Notes: generated by a model from the sequence alone, not told the origin. Numbered from the stretch's first letter, positions 10,100 to 23,440 are shown. The stretch: 64,000 nt of DNA from an uncultured Alphaproteobacteria bacterium (GCA_902596605.1 CACJUU010000009.1:21364-85363), one strand, 5' to 3'. Numbers and translations: made by a program.

Positions 10100-11686
10100 C
10101 TAATATCCTAGCGCAGTGCCATCTTTTCTGGGGTCCGATGCCCCTATAAGTATACCAGAAGAGTCTAATCGTACCAATTGCGCACCGCCTATGGGGATAG
10201 TTGCCTCCTCTATTTTATAACCCATTTGGGATAGTTTCTCTCTTGTAGCTTTTGGGTAACCTCTCTCCAAGTTTAATACACCATCAAAATAAAAACTTCT
10301 CGGAAAGTTTAAGGCCTCTTGGAATTCCATGCCATAGTCTTTTATATTACTTAGAATTCTTGCGTGACCATTAGCTTGATATTGACCACCCATAACACCA
10401 AATGGCATTATGCTGCCGTTTTTTTCTTTAAGAATAGCGGGGATAATTGTGTGTAGAGGCCTTTTGCCACCTAATAATTCATTAGCGTGATCTTTCTTTA
10501 AAGTAAAGCCAGCGCCACGATTATGAAAAAGTAGTCCATATTTTCTAGAACATAGCCCTGATCCAAACGCATGAAAAGTAGAGAAAATGAGAGATATAGC
10601 GTTTCCCTCATTATCAGCTGCACATATTAAGACAGTATCTTTATTTCGCATAAAAAAGTCATCTTCGAGATTATCGCTTAATAATTCTCCTAAGCAGATC
10701 TCCCTCGACAATTGTTTTAAGTACGTTTCATCTGTAAATGTACTTTGTTTAATTTCTGAAAAATTTGGATCTCCAATAAAATTATTTCTCGCAGAATATG
10801 CTATTTTAGCTATTTCAGCCTCTAAGTGAACTCTTTCAAAGGAGTCAGCTTTAAATCGTTCAATATTACATAATTCCATTAACTTTTTCATCATTATAGC
10901 TGTTATACCTTGTCCGTTTGGAGGTAATTCGATTAATGTACTTCCATCTTTTAGATCTGCATATATTGGATCGACATATTGAACATTAACATCTTCGAAA
11001 TCAGCAAGGGTATGTACTCCACCCAATTCTTGTAAAGAGTTTACAAGGTCAACCGTAACATCCGACTGATAAAAACCCTTTGAGCCCTGAGCTGCTATTT
11101 GTCTTAATACTTCTGCCTGCATAGGTGCCCTAAATAAAGAACCAGCTCTGTATGGTCTCCCAGAACTAAGATAAAATTTTTCAGAGGATCCAATAAGCTT
11201 CTCTCTGTGTGTATCCCAGTCAAAGGAAACACGGGGGCTCACCACTACACCTTCTTCAGCATATTTTATCGGTTGGGTGCATAGTTCTTTTAAACCTAAG
11301 TTACCAAATTTATTCGCAACCTCTTCAAATAGAGATACTGCACCAGGAACAGTAACAGAGTGGGCGCTATTTAAAGGGATCTTTTCCATGTTTTTTGACA
11401 GCAAAGTGTCACTAGTCAAATTCATCGGTGCCCTGCCAGACCCATTTAAACCGATTATATTTTTAGATTTTTTTGTTTTAATAATAGCAAATGCATCTCC
11501 AAACAGTCCAGTAGACTGTGGTTCACATAAAACCAGCATAAGGGCACTAGTAATAGCTGCATCGATCGCGTTTCCTCCTTTACTCATAGCGTCAAGTCCT
11601 ATTTTTGCAGCTAGGGGGTGAGAAGTAGCTATCATTCCATTTGATGAAAATACTTGAGAGCGTTCAGGTTTTTGAAAATCTCGCAT
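10100..11686 (-). CDS. ggt: Gamma-glutamyltransferase family protein (no obvious signal peptide)
   Basis: 528 aa. It has the GMIATSHPLAAKIGLDAMSKGGNAIDAAI N-terminus, a KDTV...D.EGNAIS nucleophile region and GGAQ near the C-terminus. Confidence 0.85.
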   Translation of the reverse strand: MRDFQKPERSQVFSSNGMIATSHPLAAKIGLDAMSKGGNAIDAAITSALMLVLCEPQSTGLFGDAFAIIKTKKSKNIIGLNGSGRAPMNLTSDTLLSKNMEKIPLNSAHSVTVPGAVSLFEEVANKFGNLGLKELCTQPIKYAEEGVVVSPRVSFDWDTHREKLIGSSEKFYLSSGRPYRAGSLFRAPMQAEVLRQIAAQGSKGFYQSDVTVDLVNSLQELGGVHTLADFEDVNVQYVDPIYADLKDGSTLIELPPNGQGITAIMMKKLMELCNIERFKADSFERVHLEAEIAKIAYSARNNFIGDPNFSEIKQSTFTDETYLKQLSREICLGELLSDNLEDDFFMRNKDTVLICAADNEGNAISLIFSTFHAFGSGLCSRKYGLLFHNRGAGFTLKKDHANELLGGKRPLHTIIPAILKEKNGSIMPFGVMGGQYQANGHARILSNIKDYGMEFQEALNFPRSFYFDGVLNLERGYPKATREKLSQMGYKIEEATIPIGGAQLVRLDSSGILIGASDPRKDGTALGY

Positions 11687-11695
11687 TATGTGCTC

Positions 11696-12001
11696 CTAGA
11701 CTAAATTCAGCTTAAGTTCTTTATGTTTTAATACTCTTAGAGTGGATTTTAAATCATTGGAACACTTCAGTATTCTTCCATCCATTGCTACTAAGGAATA
11801 TAATCTTCCATATTTTGAATTTTTGGGTGTTTTCTTGATACTGAAGAGGGCCCAATCAGAATTTTTTCTGTAGACAGAAAAAACAACAAATTCTTTCAAA
11901 AAAGAGATACTATAATCTTTCCATAGTCCCTGTGATACCATTACACCATAAAGTTGTAAAATTTGATTGAGCTCTACTTTTTCAAAACGCGCTTGTTTCA
12001 T
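11696..12001 (-). CDS. DUF2794-family protein
   Basis: RFEKVELNQILQLYGVMVSQGLWKDYSISF matches my memory of the DUF2794 core (F.R.EL..IL..YG..V..GEWRDYAI). The track ORF 11696..12100 is trimmed because its first 33 codons are the translated tRNA gene. Confidence 0.6.
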   Translation of the reverse strand: MKQARFEKVELNQILQLYGVMVSQGLWKDYSISFLKEFVVFSVYRKNSDWALFSIKKTPKNSKYGRLYSLVAMDGRILKCSNDLKSTLRVLKHKELKLNLV

Positions 12002-12009
12002 TTGCTTCT

Positions 12010-12085
<76 letters not shown>

Positions 12086-12130
12086 TTTTTCTTTTTGCAA
12101 AAGTTTAACACTAAAACAATTAGTTTAAAA

Positions 12131-12475
12131 TTAGTTTTCTTCACTGTCTGTAGACGCTACATCGGTAATCTCTTCCAATGGAACTGTATCCTGATCGTCA
12201 TCCTCTAAAAGCTCATCATCTAATTCGGAAGAATCCTCGCCCTCATCTAATATGAGATCATCCTCAATAGTCAACAATTCTTCTGAGTCTTCAAACTTTG
12301 CATCATTGATATTTTCTTCGCTTTTTCTCATTACCTTAGTTTTTTCAGTTGAAGATTTATCAAGTGTAAGTTCTTTGCCGGTATAAGGGCTTATCACAGG
12401 ACTATTATTAAGATCATAAAAGCGTTTGCCAGTCTCGGGACACATTCTTTTTGTTCCCCATTCTTCTTTTGCCAT
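12131..12475 (-). CDS. TIGR02300 (FYDLN_acid) family protein
   Basis: MAKEEWGTKRMCPETGKRFYDLNNSPVISPYTGKE is followed by a highly acidic tail, which is the diagnostic architecture. Confidence 0.75.
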   Translation of the reverse strand: MAKEEWGTKRMCPETGKRFYDLNNSPVISPYTGKELTLDKSSTEKTKVMRKSEENINDAKFEDSEELLTIEDDLILDEGEDSSELDDELLEDDDQDTVPLEEITDVASTDSEEN

Positions 12476-12564
12476 TACCTTCTCTCCTAGCTGTTAATTG
12501 CCTTGGATGTTGATAAATGTTTGTTAAATGATTTGCAAGAAATTAAATACAGATTTTTAAAATT

Positions 12565-13953
12565 TTAAGAGTGAATTGCACCCAACCCGCAAGCAAGTGC
12601 AGCCTCGCGTACCGCCTCTGAAAAAGTTGGGTGAGCATGGCACGTCCTTGCTAAATCTTCAGTGCTCGCACCAAATTCCATCGCCATGCATACTTCATGG
12701 ATAAGATCACCGGCAGCAGGCCCAATGATGTGAGCTCCTAGAATTCTATCATTATTTGAATCGGCTATAATTTTTACAAAACCGTTACTAGAAAAAACTG
12801 TCTTTGCGCGACCATTACCCATAAATGAAAACTTTCCAACTTTAATTTGTATACCTTCTTCCTTTAATTCATTTTCTGTTTTGCCAACAGCAGCAACCTC
12901 TGGATCAGTATAAACAACACTGGGTATTACTTGAAAATTCACATGACCAGCTTGTCCCGCAATTATTTCAGCAACGGCTATACCTTCTTCTTCTGCTTTG
13001 TGTGCCAACATTGGTCCTGATGTCACATCACCTAGAGCAAATATATTTGTTGCAGTAGTTCTCCAATTGTTATCAGTTTCAATTTGCCCTTTAGGGTTCA
13101 ACTTGACTCCGATGTTTTCGAGTTTGAGGTTTTTAGTAAAAGGTTTTCTTCCCGTCGCCACTAAAACGACATCCGCAGATAATTCATTTTGATCATGGGA
13201 TTCTACTTGATTAAAAGTAACTTTTACGCCTTTTTTTTCTTTTGTTATCCTAGAAACAGAGCTATTCAAGTGGAACTTAAAACCTTGTTTTTGCAATATA
13301 GATTTAAAATTTTTTGATATATCATGATCCATACCATTTAAAACTTTATCAAAGAATTCAACAACCGTTACTTCAGTTCCAAGACGACTGTATATTGAAC
13401 CCATTTCCAAACCAATAACACCTGCACCAACAATTATCATTTTTTCTGGGATTTTCTTTAATTCCAATGCACCGGTTGAGGATACGATCACTTGTTCGTC
13501 AAATTCCATGTTCTTTAGACTAGAAGCCTCGGAGCCAGTAGCAATAACGAAATAGGTTGCCTCAAAATTTTTATTATCAACACTGATTGTATTTTGATCG
13601 ATAAAGCTAGCCCAACCATTTATTAAAGTAATTTTATTTTTTTTGAATAGGTACTCTATCCCCTTAGTATTATCTTTTATCATACTCTCTTTATAGCTGA
13701 GCATTTTACCCCAGTTCACGACAGGTGGATCTACCTCTATTCCCATTTTAGAAAAATTTTCTACTGAGTTGTGATAGTTGTGGGAAGCATTTAGTAATGC
13801 TTTTGATGGAATACACCCTACATTTAAACAGGTACCTCCAAGTGAAGTATTTCGTTCAACACAAGCAACCTTTATTCCGAGCTGCGCGAGTTTTATTGCA
13901 CACACATATCCTCCTGGGCCACTGCCAATAACTATCGCATCAAATTTTTCCAT
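12565..13953 (-). CDS. lpdA: Dihydrolipoyl dehydrogenase (E3)
   Basis: It has the FAD motif GSGPGGY, the redox disulfide [13 protein letters not shown] and the C-terminal HAHPT.SE motif. It lies downstream of sucAB. Confidence 0.95.
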   Translation of the reverse strand: MEKFDAIVIGSGPGGYVCAIKLAQLGIKVACVERNTSLGGTCLNVGCIPSKALLNASHNYHNSVENFSKMGIEVDPPVVNWGKMLSYKESMIKDNTKGIEYLFKKNKITLINGWASFIDQNTISVDNKNFEATYFVIATGSEASSLKNMEFDEQVIVSSTGALELKKIPEKMIIVGAGVIGLEMGSIYSRLGTEVTVVEFFDKVLNGMDHDISKNFKSILQKQGFKFHLNSSVSRITKEKKGVKVTFNQVESHDQNELSADVVLVATGRKPFTKNLKLENIGVKLNPKGQIETDNNWRTTATNIFALGDVTSGPMLAHKAEEEGIAVAEIIAGQAGHVNFQVIPSVVYTDPEVAAVGKTENELKEEGIQIKVGKFSFMGNGRAKTVFSSNGFVKIIADSNNDRILGAHIIGPAAGDLIHEVCMAMEFGASTEDLARTCHAHPTFSEAVREAALACGLGAIHS

Positions 13954-13974
13954 TTGAAATCCTTAATTTAAAAT

Positions 13975-15138
13975 TTATAAATCAATCAACAATCGACGTG
14001 GATCTTCCAAGTTTTCTTTTACCCTGACTAGAAAGGTAACAGCACCCTTTCCATCTACAATACGATGGTCATAACTCAGGGCAAGATACATCATAGGCAG
14101 TATCTCAATTTTTCCATCAATAGCCATTGGTCTTTCTTGAATTTTATGCATTCCAAGTATACCTGACTCAGGTGAATTTATAATAGGCGAGGACATTAGA
14201 GATCCATATATACCGCCGTTAGATATAGTGAAAGTTCCACCAGTCATATCTGCCATAGATAGCTTGCCATCTCTTGCTAGTAAGCCCATCTTATTAATTT
14301 CCTTTTCTATATCAGAGAAGCTCATGGCACTAGCATTTTTTAAAACCGGTACAACTAAACCGTTATCTGTTCCTACCGCTACTCCCATATTGACGTATTG
14401 CTTGTATATTATGTAGTCCCCATCTATTTGGGCATTGACCTCGGGTACTTCTTCCAGAGCTTTACAGCAAGCTTTTACAAAAAATGACATAAACCCTAGT
14501 TTAACCCCATGTTTTGACAAGAATTGATCTTTAAATTCACTTCTTATTCTTAGAATAGCTGTCATATCTGCTTCATTGTATGTTGTCAGCATCGCGGCAG
14601 TATTTTGAGATTCTTTAAGCCTTCGAGCTATTGTTTGTCTTAATCTCGTCATTTTTACTTTTTCTTCTGATTCCATTGAAGGCATTAGGCTTTTCTTTGT
14701 ATTTTGATTGTTTGGCAAGCTCATGACGTCCTCTTTCATAATCCGACCGTCTCTGCCAGAGCCCTTCAAGGAGCTCGGATCAATATTTTTTTCCTTCATG
14801 ATTTTTTCTGCAGAGGGAGCATTTTTTACATTTTTCGTTTCTTCAGCAATATTTTTTTCGCGAGTTTTATCATTTGACAATTCATTCTTTTCTGTTGCCG
14901 CTGCGCCTTCCTCTAATATAGCTAGTATTGCATCTAACTCTACCGTCTCCCCTTCCTTAACTAAAATTTTTGACACAACACCGTCTATAGTACTTGGTAC
15001 CTCGATAGTGACTTTATCTGTTTCGAGTTCGCATATCATTTCATCAACTGCGACGTTATCACCAGCCTTCTTAAACCAGGTGCCAACAGTTGCCTCGGTT
15101 ACACTTTCACCTAATGTAGGAACTTTCAACTCTATCAT
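13975..15138 (-). CDS. sucB: Dihydrolipoamide succinyltransferase (E2 of 2-oxoglutarate dehydrogenase)
   Basis: The lipoyl domain contains ETDKV. A peripheral subunit-binding domain and the catalytic DHR..DG motif are present. Confidence 0.95.
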   Translation of the reverse strand: MIELKVPTLGESVTEATVGTWFKKAGDNVAVDEMICELETDKVTIEVPSTIDGVVSKILVKEGETVELDAILAILEEGAAATEKNELSNDKTREKNIAEETKNVKNAPSAEKIMKEKNIDPSSLKGSGRDGRIMKEDVMSLPNNQNTKKSLMPSMESEEKVKMTRLRQTIARRLKESQNTAAMLTTYNEADMTAILRIRSEFKDQFLSKHGVKLGFMSFFVKACCKALEEVPEVNAQIDGDYIIYKQYVNMGVAVGTDNGLVVPVLKNASAMSFSDIEKEINKMGLLARDGKLSMADMTGGTFTISNGGIYGSLMSSPIINSPESGILGMHKIQERPMAIDGKIEILPMMYLALSYDHRIVDGKGAVTFLVRVKENLEDPRRLLIDL

Positions 15139-15160
15139 TATAACCCCCTTAAGTAACGCC

Positions 15161-18136
15161 TTAAACCTCTAAAGCTTGATCAATCAGTTTTCCCTGCTGT
15201 TCAATGTGCTGCTTTGCTAAACCGGTTGCTGGCGAAGCAGCGGACTGTCGTCCAGCATAATCAGCCCTGCCAGAGCTATGGCTTATATGACCTAAAATCA
15301 TCTCCAGTATTGGTTCAACGAAAAACCATCCTCCCTGGTTCCGTGGCTCTTCTTGGCACCAAGTTATTTTCGCGTTTTCAAAACGTGATAACTCCTTAAT
15401 CATTGATTGCGAGGGAAAAGGATACAACTGTTCAAGTCTAAGTAAATACACCTCTTTTAGATTTCTCTTGTTTCTTTCCACAAATAGCTCATAGTAAATT
15501 TTTCCCGAGCAAATAACCACTTTTTTAATTTTACTGTCCTCGGTAAGCTTAAAGTCAAGCGATGTTTCGGCGTCATCTTTGAGTATTCTGTGGAAACTTG
15601 AGCCATTTGTAAAATCTTTCAATGAACTTACTGCTAGTTTATTTCTCAGTAATGATTTTGGTGTCATTATGACAAGTGGTTTTCGAAAATGCCTATGCAT
15701 TTGTCGTCTCAATATATGAAAATAGTTTGCTGGAGTCGAAACATTAGCAACTATCCAATTTTCTTCTGCACATGCCTGAAGAAATCTTTCTAATCTAGCA
15801 GAAGAGTGCTCTGGTCCTTGACCTTCATAACCGTGAGGAAGTAGCATTACAAGCCCAGACATTCTCAACCATTTTTTTTCTCCTGAGGATATAAATTGAT
15901 CTATCATAATCTGTGCCCCATTAACGAAATCTCCAAACTGAGCTTCCCACAGAGTTAAGCAATTCGGTTCCGCAAGAGAGTACCCATACTCATAACCCAA
16001 GACTGCGTACTCCGATAACATAGAGTCGATTACCTCAAATTGGGTTTTTTGACTGATATCCAATTTTCCACCTATTTTAGACACACCAAACTCAATGGAA
16101 TTTTGTGTTATATTGTAAAGAGGATAGAAACGTTCTTCAGTCTCTTGATCTATAATTGCGGAATGCCTCTGGGAAAAAGTACCTCTTTTAGAATCTTGGC
16201 CAGACAGCCTAACCGAAAACCCCTCATTCAACAAAGAGCCAAATGCAAGCGCTTCAGCTGTTGCCCAGTCAATACCTTCTCCTTTGTTTAAGGTATCCTT
16301 TTTATTTTCTATCATTCTGGACACTGTTTTGTGTATCTTGAAATTATTTGGGACGGTTGTCAGTACCTTCGATATTTTTTTGAACACATCCCTCTTTATG
16401 GAGGTTTTTCCCCTTTCGTAGTTGTCCGGTCGCTTAGTAAGCCCAGACCATCTTCCATCAAGCCAGTCAGCCTTATTCGGTTTGTAGTTTTTTCCTGCTT
16501 CGAATTCGTCATTCAAAAAGCTTTGAAAATTTGATTTTAAGTTGTTCAACTCACCATCTCTTAGTATTCCTTCTGCCTCCAGCTTTCTGGAGTATAATTC
16601 AAGAGAGGTCGGATGGGTTTTAATTTTTTTGTACATTTTAGGTTGGGTAAACATCGGTTCGTCACCTTCATTATGCCCAAAACGTCGGTAGCAAAAAATA
16701 TCAATCACAACGTCTTTCTTAAATTTTTGTCTAAATTCTGTGGCCACCTTCGCAGCGTGAACTACCGCTTCCGGATCATCGCCATTAACATGAAAAATTG
16801 GTGCTTCCACCATAAGCGCAATGTCTGTTGGGTATGGTGACGACCTTGAATAGAGGGGTGCGGTTGTGAAACCAATTTGATTATTTACGACGATATGGAT
16901 CGTGCCACCTGTGCGATGTCCTTTTAGACCGGAAAGTCCAAAGCATTCAGCAACGATACCTTGGCCTGCAAAAGCTGCATCACCATGCAGCAAAACAGGT
17001 AGAACCTTTTTTCTTTCTTTATCGTTGAGCTGCTCTTGCTTTGCCCTTACTTTTCCTAATACGACGGGGTTAACAGCCTCTAAGTGAGAAGGATTTGCCG
17101 TTAGAGATAAATGCACTTTGTTGCCATCAAACTCTCGGTCAGACGAAGCACCCAAATGATATTTTACATCGCCGGAGCCATCAACATCTTCGGGTTTATA
17201 GCTCCCACCTTGAAACTCGTTAAAAATTGCTTTAAACGGTTTGCTCATCACGTTAGCAAGTATTGATAATCTTCCTCTGTGAGGCATACCTATAACAATT
17301 TCCTTAACTCCTAAATTTCCACCTCTCTTTATTATTTGCTCCATAGCAGGAATTAGAGATTCTCCCCCATCCAATCCAAACCTTTTTGTCCCTGTGTATT
17401 TAACGTGTAGAAATTTTTCAAACCCTTCAGCTTCTATGAGCTTTTTTAATATAGCTTTTCGTCCCTCTTCTGTGAATTGTATTTCTTTGCCCAATCCTTC
17501 AATACGTTCTTTTAGCCATGCTGACTGTTCTGGGTTCGAAATATGCATATACTGTAGAGCGAAGGTTCCACAGTAGGTTCTCTCAAGTAGAGACATAATC
17601 TCGCTCATTGAAGCAACTTCCAATCCCAATACATTATCAATGTATATTTCTCTCTCCATATCTTCTTCAGAAAAACCATAATTTTTCGGATCCAGTTCTG
17701 GATGATATGACAGGCTATTGATTTCAAGTGGGTCAAGCTTTGCTTTTAGATGCCCTCTTATTCTGAAAGCTCTAATAATCATAAGAGCCCTTAAACTATC
17801 TATCACTTTTTCTTTTAAGTTATCTGAGCTTTTGAAGAAATCAGATTTTTCCGAATATGCTAAAATCTTTTCTTCTAATGCTTCCGTTGATTGTGAACTC
17901 CAAAAGCTATTATCTTGTATTCCAAAATCTTGCTTCTGATCTACAGGCCAATCACTTCTGGACCATGATGCTTTTTCAGCTGAGGTATCGCTTGTTTCAA
18001 AAAAAGATGACCATGATTGATCTACTGATTTAGGGTCATTAAGGTACATATTTTGTAGATACTCAAGATAGCTAGAGTTTCCTCCGTTAAGGATGTCTTC
18101 CGCTTTTTTTGAGTTTTTAGAATCCATTTTATTCAT
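15161..18136 (-). CDS. sucA: 2-oxoglutarate dehydrogenase E1 component
   Basis: 991 aa. RGH..A.LDPL, the ThDP region GDAAFAGQG and its operon position support the call. Confidence 0.97.
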   Translation of the reverse strand: MNKMDSKNSKKAEDILNGGNSSYLEYLQNMYLNDPKSVDQSWSSFFETSDTSAEKASWSRSDWPVDQKQDFGIQDNSFWSSQSTEALEEKILAYSEKSDFFKSSDNLKEKVIDSLRALMIIRAFRIRGHLKAKLDPLEINSLSYHPELDPKNYGFSEEDMEREIYIDNVLGLEVASMSEIMSLLERTYCGTFALQYMHISNPEQSAWLKERIEGLGKEIQFTEEGRKAILKKLIEAEGFEKFLHVKYTGTKRFGLDGGESLIPAMEQIIKRGGNLGVKEIVIGMPHRGRLSILANVMSKPFKAIFNEFQGGSYKPEDVDGSGDVKYHLGASSDREFDGNKVHLSLTANPSHLEAVNPVVLGKVRAKQEQLNDKERKKVLPVLLHGDAAFAGQGIVAECFGLSGLKGHRTGGTIHIVVNNQIGFTTAPLYSRSSPYPTDIALMVEAPIFHVNGDDPEAVVHAAKVATEFRQKFKKDVVIDIFCYRRFGHNEGDEPMFTQPKMYKKIKTHPTSLELYSRKLEAEGILRDGELNNLKSNFQSFLNDEFEAGKNYKPNKADWLDGRWSGLTKRPDNYERGKTSIKRDVFKKISKVLTTVPNNFKIHKTVSRMIENKKDTLNKGEGIDWATAEALAFGSLLNEGFSVRLSGQDSKRGTFSQRHSAIIDQETEERFYPLYNITQNSIEFGVSKIGGKLDISQKTQFEVIDSMLSEYAVLGYEYGYSLAEPNCLTLWEAQFGDFVNGAQIMIDQFISSGEKKWLRMSGLVMLLPHGYEGQGPEHSSARLERFLQACAEENWIVANVSTPANYFHILRRQMHRHFRKPLVIMTPKSLLRNKLAVSSLKDFTNGSSFHRILKDDAETSLDFKLTEDSKIKKVVICSGKIYYELFVERNKRNLKEVYLLRLEQLYPFPSQSMIKELSRFENAKITWCQEEPRNQGGWFFVEPILEMILGHISHSSGRADYAGRQSAASPATGLAKQHIEQQGKLIDQALEV

Positions 18137-18203
18137 GGTTATTTACTTCTTTATCAATTTACCAATATTATAGTACTTACTGACGTTTTCTAGTACTGTT
18201 TGG

Positions 18204-19091
18204 CTAATTTTTTTGAATTGCCTCTTGTACTGCTTCTCCCAAAGTGGCTGGACTATCTGAAACAATAACCCCAGCTTTTTTCATTGCTTCCATTTTATTT
18301 TCAGCGGCACCCATACCTCCCGCTACTATAGCTCCGGCATGCCCCATTCTTCTTCCCTTGGGAGCTGTTCTCCCAGCAATGAAACCCGCAATCGGTTTTG
18401 ATCTTCCCTTTTTGCGCTCTTTTATTAAATATTCACAAGTTTCTTCCTCGGCGCTGCCACCGATCTCTCCTATCATTATTATAGATTGTGTTTCATCATC
18501 ACTTAAAAACTTATCAATCACATCGATAAATTCAGTGCCTTTAATAGGGTCACCTCCAATACCAATACAAGACGATTGACCTAATCCAATTTTTGTTGTT
18601 TGATCAACAGCCTCATAAGTTAGTGTTCCAGATCGTGAGACTACGCCTACTGTTCCTTTTTTATGAATATGCCCTGGCATTATCCCAATCTTGCATTGCC
18701 CAGGTGTTATAACGCCTGGGCAATTTGGTCCAATTAGAATTGATTTTGATCGTGATAAAACTGCCTTTACTCTCATCATGTCTAAAATAGGTATACCCTC
18801 TGTGATGCAAACTATTAAATCGATTTCGGCATCAACTGCTTCTAATATTGCGTCAGCGGCGAATGGCGGAGGTACATAGATTGCGCTTGCGTTGGCCCCG
18901 GTAGTAATCTTTGCTTCCTCCACAGAATTAAAAATGGGAAGGTCTAGGTGAGTTCCTCCACCTTTGCCAGGGGTTACACCCCCTACCATTTTTGTTCCAT
19001 ATTTTATGGCCTGCTCTGTATGGAAGGAACCTTGACTTCCTGTAAGACCCTGGCAAATAACTTTAGTATCTGAATTTATATAAATACTCAT
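18204..19091 (-). CDS. sucD: Succinyl-CoA synthetase alpha subunit
   Basis: The GITG-like N-terminus ([12 protein letters not shown]), SRSGTLTYE and the phosphohistidine loop GHAGA are present. Confidence 0.97.
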   Translation of the reverse strand: MSIYINSDTKVICQGLTGSQGSFHTEQAIKYGTKMVGGVTPGKGGGTHLDLPIFNSVEEAKITTGANASAIYVPPPFAADAILEAVDAEIDLIVCITEGIPILDMMRVKAVLSRSKSILIGPNCPGVITPGQCKIGIMPGHIHKKGTVGVVSRSGTLTYEAVDQTTKIGLGQSSCIGIGGDPIKGTEFIDVIDKFLSDDETQSIIMIGEIGGSAEEETCEYLIKERKKGRSKPIAGFIAGRTAPKGRRMGHAGAIVAGGMGAAENKMEAMKKAGVIVSDSPATLGEAVQEAIQKN

Positions 19092-19098
19092 ATTGAGC

Positions 19099-20301
19099 TC
19101 ACTTTATCTGCGCAACTATTTTAGCCGCAGCATCATTTAAATTGTCCGCAGTGATTACGTTCAAGCCACTTTGCTCTATAATCTTTTTTCCTTCATCGAC
19201 GTTTGTTCCTTCAAGTCTTACCACCAGTGGAACTTTTAATCCTACTTCTTTAGTAGCTTGAACCACTCCTTCAGCAATCACATCGCAACGCATTATTCCA
19301 CCAAAAATGTTAACTAATATTCCTTTTACATTCTTATCTGATGTGATTATTTTGAAAGCTTCTGTAACCTTTTCCTTTGTCGCTCCCCCACCGACATCCA
19401 GAAAGTTCGCTGGCTCAGAACCATTAAGTTTAATTATATCCATCGTCGCCATAGCTAATCCGGCACCATTTACCATGCAACCAATCTCTCCATCTAATGA
19501 TATATAATTAAGATCAAACTTTGATGCTTCTAACTCTTTTGGGTCTTCTTCGGTAATGTCCCTTAGAGTTTCTAAATCCTTATTTTTGAAAAGAGCATTG
19601 CTATCGAAGCTCATCTTGCAATCGAGACAAATTAAGGAATTATCTTTGGTCATTATTAAAGGGTTAATCTCAATCATATCACAATTTTTCTCGATAAAAA
19701 GGTTGTAGAGATTGCGTGTCATTTTAACGCATTGCTTAAAAGCAGCATCCTTTAAACCCAACGCAAAAGCTATTTTTCTCCCATGGTGGTCAGAAAATCC
19801 TTCGGCGGGATTAACAATAATTGTCACAATATCAGCAGGATTTTCCTCTGCTACCTTTTCAATATCCATACCACCTTTCCTAGAGCATACAAATGACACA
19901 GAACTAGAAGATCGATCAACCAAAAGCGCCAGGTAAAATTCTTTAACTATACTACATCCTAGTTCGACGTAGACTTTGTTGACGGTCTTACCACCATCCC
20001 CAGTTTGTTTTGTAACTAGTGTTTTACCCAACATTTTATGTGCTTGTTCAAGGGCATCATTGACATTTTTTGAAATTCTAACACCCCCACCATTACCGGC
20101 ACCATTTTCTTTAAATTTTCCCTTTCCGCGCCCACCAGCATGGATCTGTGCTTTTACCGCAAATACAGGTTCTTTATCTGCTTGTTCGGCAAGTGTTTTG
20201 AGAGAAGCTAAATTGCTCTGTAAATCTAAGACTATTCCAGGCTGAACTGGAATATCGAATTGATTAAGCAATGATTTTCCCTGAAATTCGTGTATATTCA
20301 T
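19099..20301 (-). CDS. sucC: Succinyl-CoA synthetase beta subunit
   Basis: It starts MNIHEFQGK, has an ATP-grasp fold and contains the [15 protein letters not shown] motif. Confidence 0.97.
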   Translation of the reverse strand: MNIHEFQGKSLLNQFDIPVQPGIVLDLQSNLASLKTLAEQADKEPVFAVKAQIHAGGRGKGKFKENGAGNGGGVRISKNVNDALEQAHKMLGKTLVTKQTGDGGKTVNKVYVELGCSIVKEFYLALLVDRSSSSVSFVCSRKGGMDIEKVAEENPADIVTIIVNPAEGFSDHHGRKIAFALGLKDAAFKQCVKMTRNLYNLFIEKNCDMIEINPLIMTKDNSLICLDCKMSFDSNALFKNKDLETLRDITEEDPKELEASKFDLNYISLDGEIGCMVNGAGLAMATMDIIKLNGSEPANFLDVGGGATKEKVTEAFKIITSDKNVKGILVNIFGGIMRCDVIAEGVVQATKEVGLKVPLVVRLEGTNVDEGKKIIEQSGLNVITADNLNDAAAKIVAQIK

Positions 20302-20320
20302 GTGCCCCCTTCTTTATAAT

Positions 20321-21373
<1,053 letters not shown>

Positions 21374-21442
21374 TCAAAAAGTAAAATAATTTTTTATGAA
21401 TTTCAAACTTATTTATTGAAATATTTGAGAGGACCTAAAGTT

Positions 21443-22318
21443 ATGTCAGATTTTTATCCACATCGATCCGCCTTGTATATGCCGGGCTCAAATGAAAGAG
21501 CTCTTGAAAAGGCGAAGTCTTTACCGGCAGACCTTTTTATATTCGATATGGAGGATGCTGTTTCACCTGATAATAAGGAGCGAGCGAGGGATTTGATTTC
21601 TAACGTATTATCGAGTGAAAAAGCTGATTACAGCGGAAAAAAGATTCTTACTAGAATTAATTCAATGGATACAGTCTGGGCGAATATAGATTTGGAGTGT
21701 CTTCAAAAAAGTGGGACGGATGGTATTCTATTCCCAAAAGTTTCAGAGGTTTCTGACATGTTGGTGATTCAGAAAAGACTCGAAGAGTTGAATTTTAAAA
21801 AGCCTCCTGAAATTTGGATAATGGCTGAAACCCCAAAATGCGTGTTGAACTTGGGTAAGATTTTGGAAGAATTTTCTAACATCGCTGGGATAGTTGTAGG
21901 AACTAATGATCTCGCAAAAGAGCTCGTTCTTCCTAAACAAACTGGTCGAGCAGGGCTGTTGTATGCTCTCGGTGCAATTATATTAACAGCGAAGGCATAC
22001 AATGTTATTACGTTGGATGGCGTCTTTAATGGGATATCAGATGAAGAGGGTTTGCGCTCTGAGGCTGAAGACGGCAAAAATATGGGATATGATGGTAAAA
22101 CACTTATTCATCCAAACCAAATTGGTATAACAAATACCGTTTTCTCTCCCACCGAAAAAGAAATTGATCTGGCAAATAAAATAATCGAGGCTTATGAAAA
22201 AGCAAAAGAAGAAAAAGGTGGTGTAACAACTGTTGACGGTGTTCTAGTTGAAGAATTACATGTAAAGCAGTCACTTGCATTAATAAGTAAAATGAAAATG
22301 ATCCAGAGTTTGAGTTGA
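21443..22318 (+). CDS. CitE/HpcH-family protein: malyl-CoA lyase / malyl-CoA thioesterase-like (Mcl2-like rather than Mcl1-like)
   Basis: RSALYMPGSNERALEKAKSLPADLFIFDMEDAVSPDNKERAR and DGKTLIHPNQI are CitE-family motifs. The ATG at 21443 is preferred over the track's TTG at 21416. The stop overlaps the mch start (TTGA). Confidence 0.7.
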   Translation: MSDFYPHRSALYMPGSNERALEKAKSLPADLFIFDMEDAVSPDNKERARDLISNVLSSEKADYSGKKILTRINSMDTVWANIDLECLQKSGTDGILFPKVSEVSDMLVIQKRLEELNFKKPPEIWIMAETPKCVLNLGKILEEFSNIAGIVVGTNDLAKELVLPKQTGRAGLLYALGAIILTAKAYNVITLDGVFNGISDEEGLRSEAEDGKNMGYDGKTLIHPNQIGITNTVFSPTEKEIDLANKIIEAYEKAKEEKGGVTTVDGVLVEELHVKQSLALISKMKMIQSLS

Positions 22319-23367
22319 ATTTGAGTGATCATAATAATAATTTAGGTCGTTTTTTTGAGGATTATGCTGTAGGTGATGTTATCACGCACGCCACTCCTAG
22401 GACTCTAACTGAAGCAGATGCGTCTTTATATATTTCAATATATCCAACAAGGTTTGCCCTTCAGTCCTCAGCAGAATTTGCAAGAAATTGCGGATTAAAA
22501 GATCGTCCTCTAGATGATTTAATCGTTTTCCATACTGTCTTTGGCAAAACGGTACCAGACATATCTATAAATGCTGTGGCTAATCTTGGGTATGCAGAAG
22601 GTAAATTTTCTAATATGGTTTTTTCAGGAGAAACCTTATCAGTTAAATCCGAGATCATCGGTCTTAAGCAAAACTCAAGCGGAAAAACAGGGATAGTCTA
22701 TGTAAAAACAGAAGGACAAAACTCAACTGGAGAAACGATTTTAGAATACAAAAGATGGGTTATGGTAAAGAAGAGATTTGTCGGTGTCGAAGATACCCCT
22801 TCGAATTTACCCCATATGAAGACTTCATTAGATGGAAGTGAGCTAAATATCCCTGAGCAGCTTGATTTTACTAAATATGATACCAGCGCAGCAGGATCAA
22901 AAAAAAGCTTTAATGATTATCAAGTAGGTGAACTGATTGATCACATAGATGGCAACACCATATGTGAGGCTGATCATCTTTTTGCAACCCGACTATGGCA
23001 AAATAATTCAAAAGTGCACTTTGATATCAATGCTCGTGAGGATAAAAAGAGACTAATTTATGGAGGCCACATAATATCTTTAGTTAGAGCATTAAGCTTT
23101 AACGGTCTGGAAAACGCACAAGTGATCGTGGGGATAAACGGTGGTACCCACGCAAATCCAGTGTTTGCGGAGGATACGATATATTGCTGGTCGGAAGTTT
23201 TGGATAAGATAGATCTAAATGTTCGGAACATAGCAGCTTTAAGACTGAGAAGTGTGGGTACAAAGGAAAAAAACCACAATATGAGACTGAAGAGTGATGA
23301 TGGGAAACACTTACCAACTATAGTTTTGGATTTTGATTACTGGGTATTAGTGCCTAAAGAGCTGTAA
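22315..23367 (+). CDS. mch: Mesaconyl-CoA hydratase (double MaoC/hotdog)
   Basis: 350 aa. GRFFEDYAVGDVITHATPRTLTEADASLY resembles the N-terminus of Mch from ethylmalonyl-CoA-pathway bacteria. Two hotdog halves are present. The start is TTG (22315, or alternatively 22321), because no ATG is available. Confidence 0.7.
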   Translation: MNLSDHNNNLGRFFEDYAVGDVITHATPRTLTEADASLYISIYPTRFALQSSAEFARNCGLKDRPLDDLIVFHTVFGKTVPDISINAVANLGYAEGKFSNMVFSGETLSVKSEIIGLKQNSSGKTGIVYVKTEGQNSTGETILEYKRWVMVKKRFVGVEDTPSNLPHMKTSLDGSELNIPEQLDFTKYDTSAAGSKKSFNDYQVGELIDHIDGNTICEADHLFATRLWQNNSKVHFDINAREDKKRLIYGGHIISLVRALSFNGLENAQVIVGINGGTHANPVFAEDTIYCWSEVLDKIDLNVRNIAALRLRSVGTKEKNHNMRLKSDDGKHLPTIVLDFDYWVLVPKEL

Positions 23368-23380
23368 TAGGGTAGCCCAC

Positions 23381-23408
23381 TTGCACAAACAATTTTTAGA
23401 TATATATT
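23381..23408 (+). promoter_or_regulatory. Possible sigma-70-type promoter upstream of sdhC
   Basis: TTGCAC (23381-23386), a 16-nt spacer and TATATT (23403-23408) lie about 33 nt upstream of the sdhC ATG. Such matches are weak evidence in AT-rich DNA. Confidence 0.25.
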
Positions 23409-23440
23409 GAAGTCAGCTGACAATAAGGATTAAAAAAAAT

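Noticed and set aside
14708-15172. 154-aa plus-strand ORF antisense to sucB
   Set aside because: It is S/F/I-rich low-complexity mirror translation of the sucB linker and lipoyl regions, with no start context or motif. Other long antisense ORFs were rejected for the same reason: 41606..42097 (in glnD), 44612..45076 (in rsmI), 33401..33820 (in the ABC ATPase), 51780..52205, 31490..31849, 11277..11621 and 57639..58043.
18171-18197. TAGTACT...TAGTACT repeat (potential 6-bp stem with a 14-nt loop) between sucD and sucA
   Set aside because: The stem is too short and the loop too large for an intrinsic terminator. There is no U-tract, and it sits inside a conserved operon (sucCD-sucAB).
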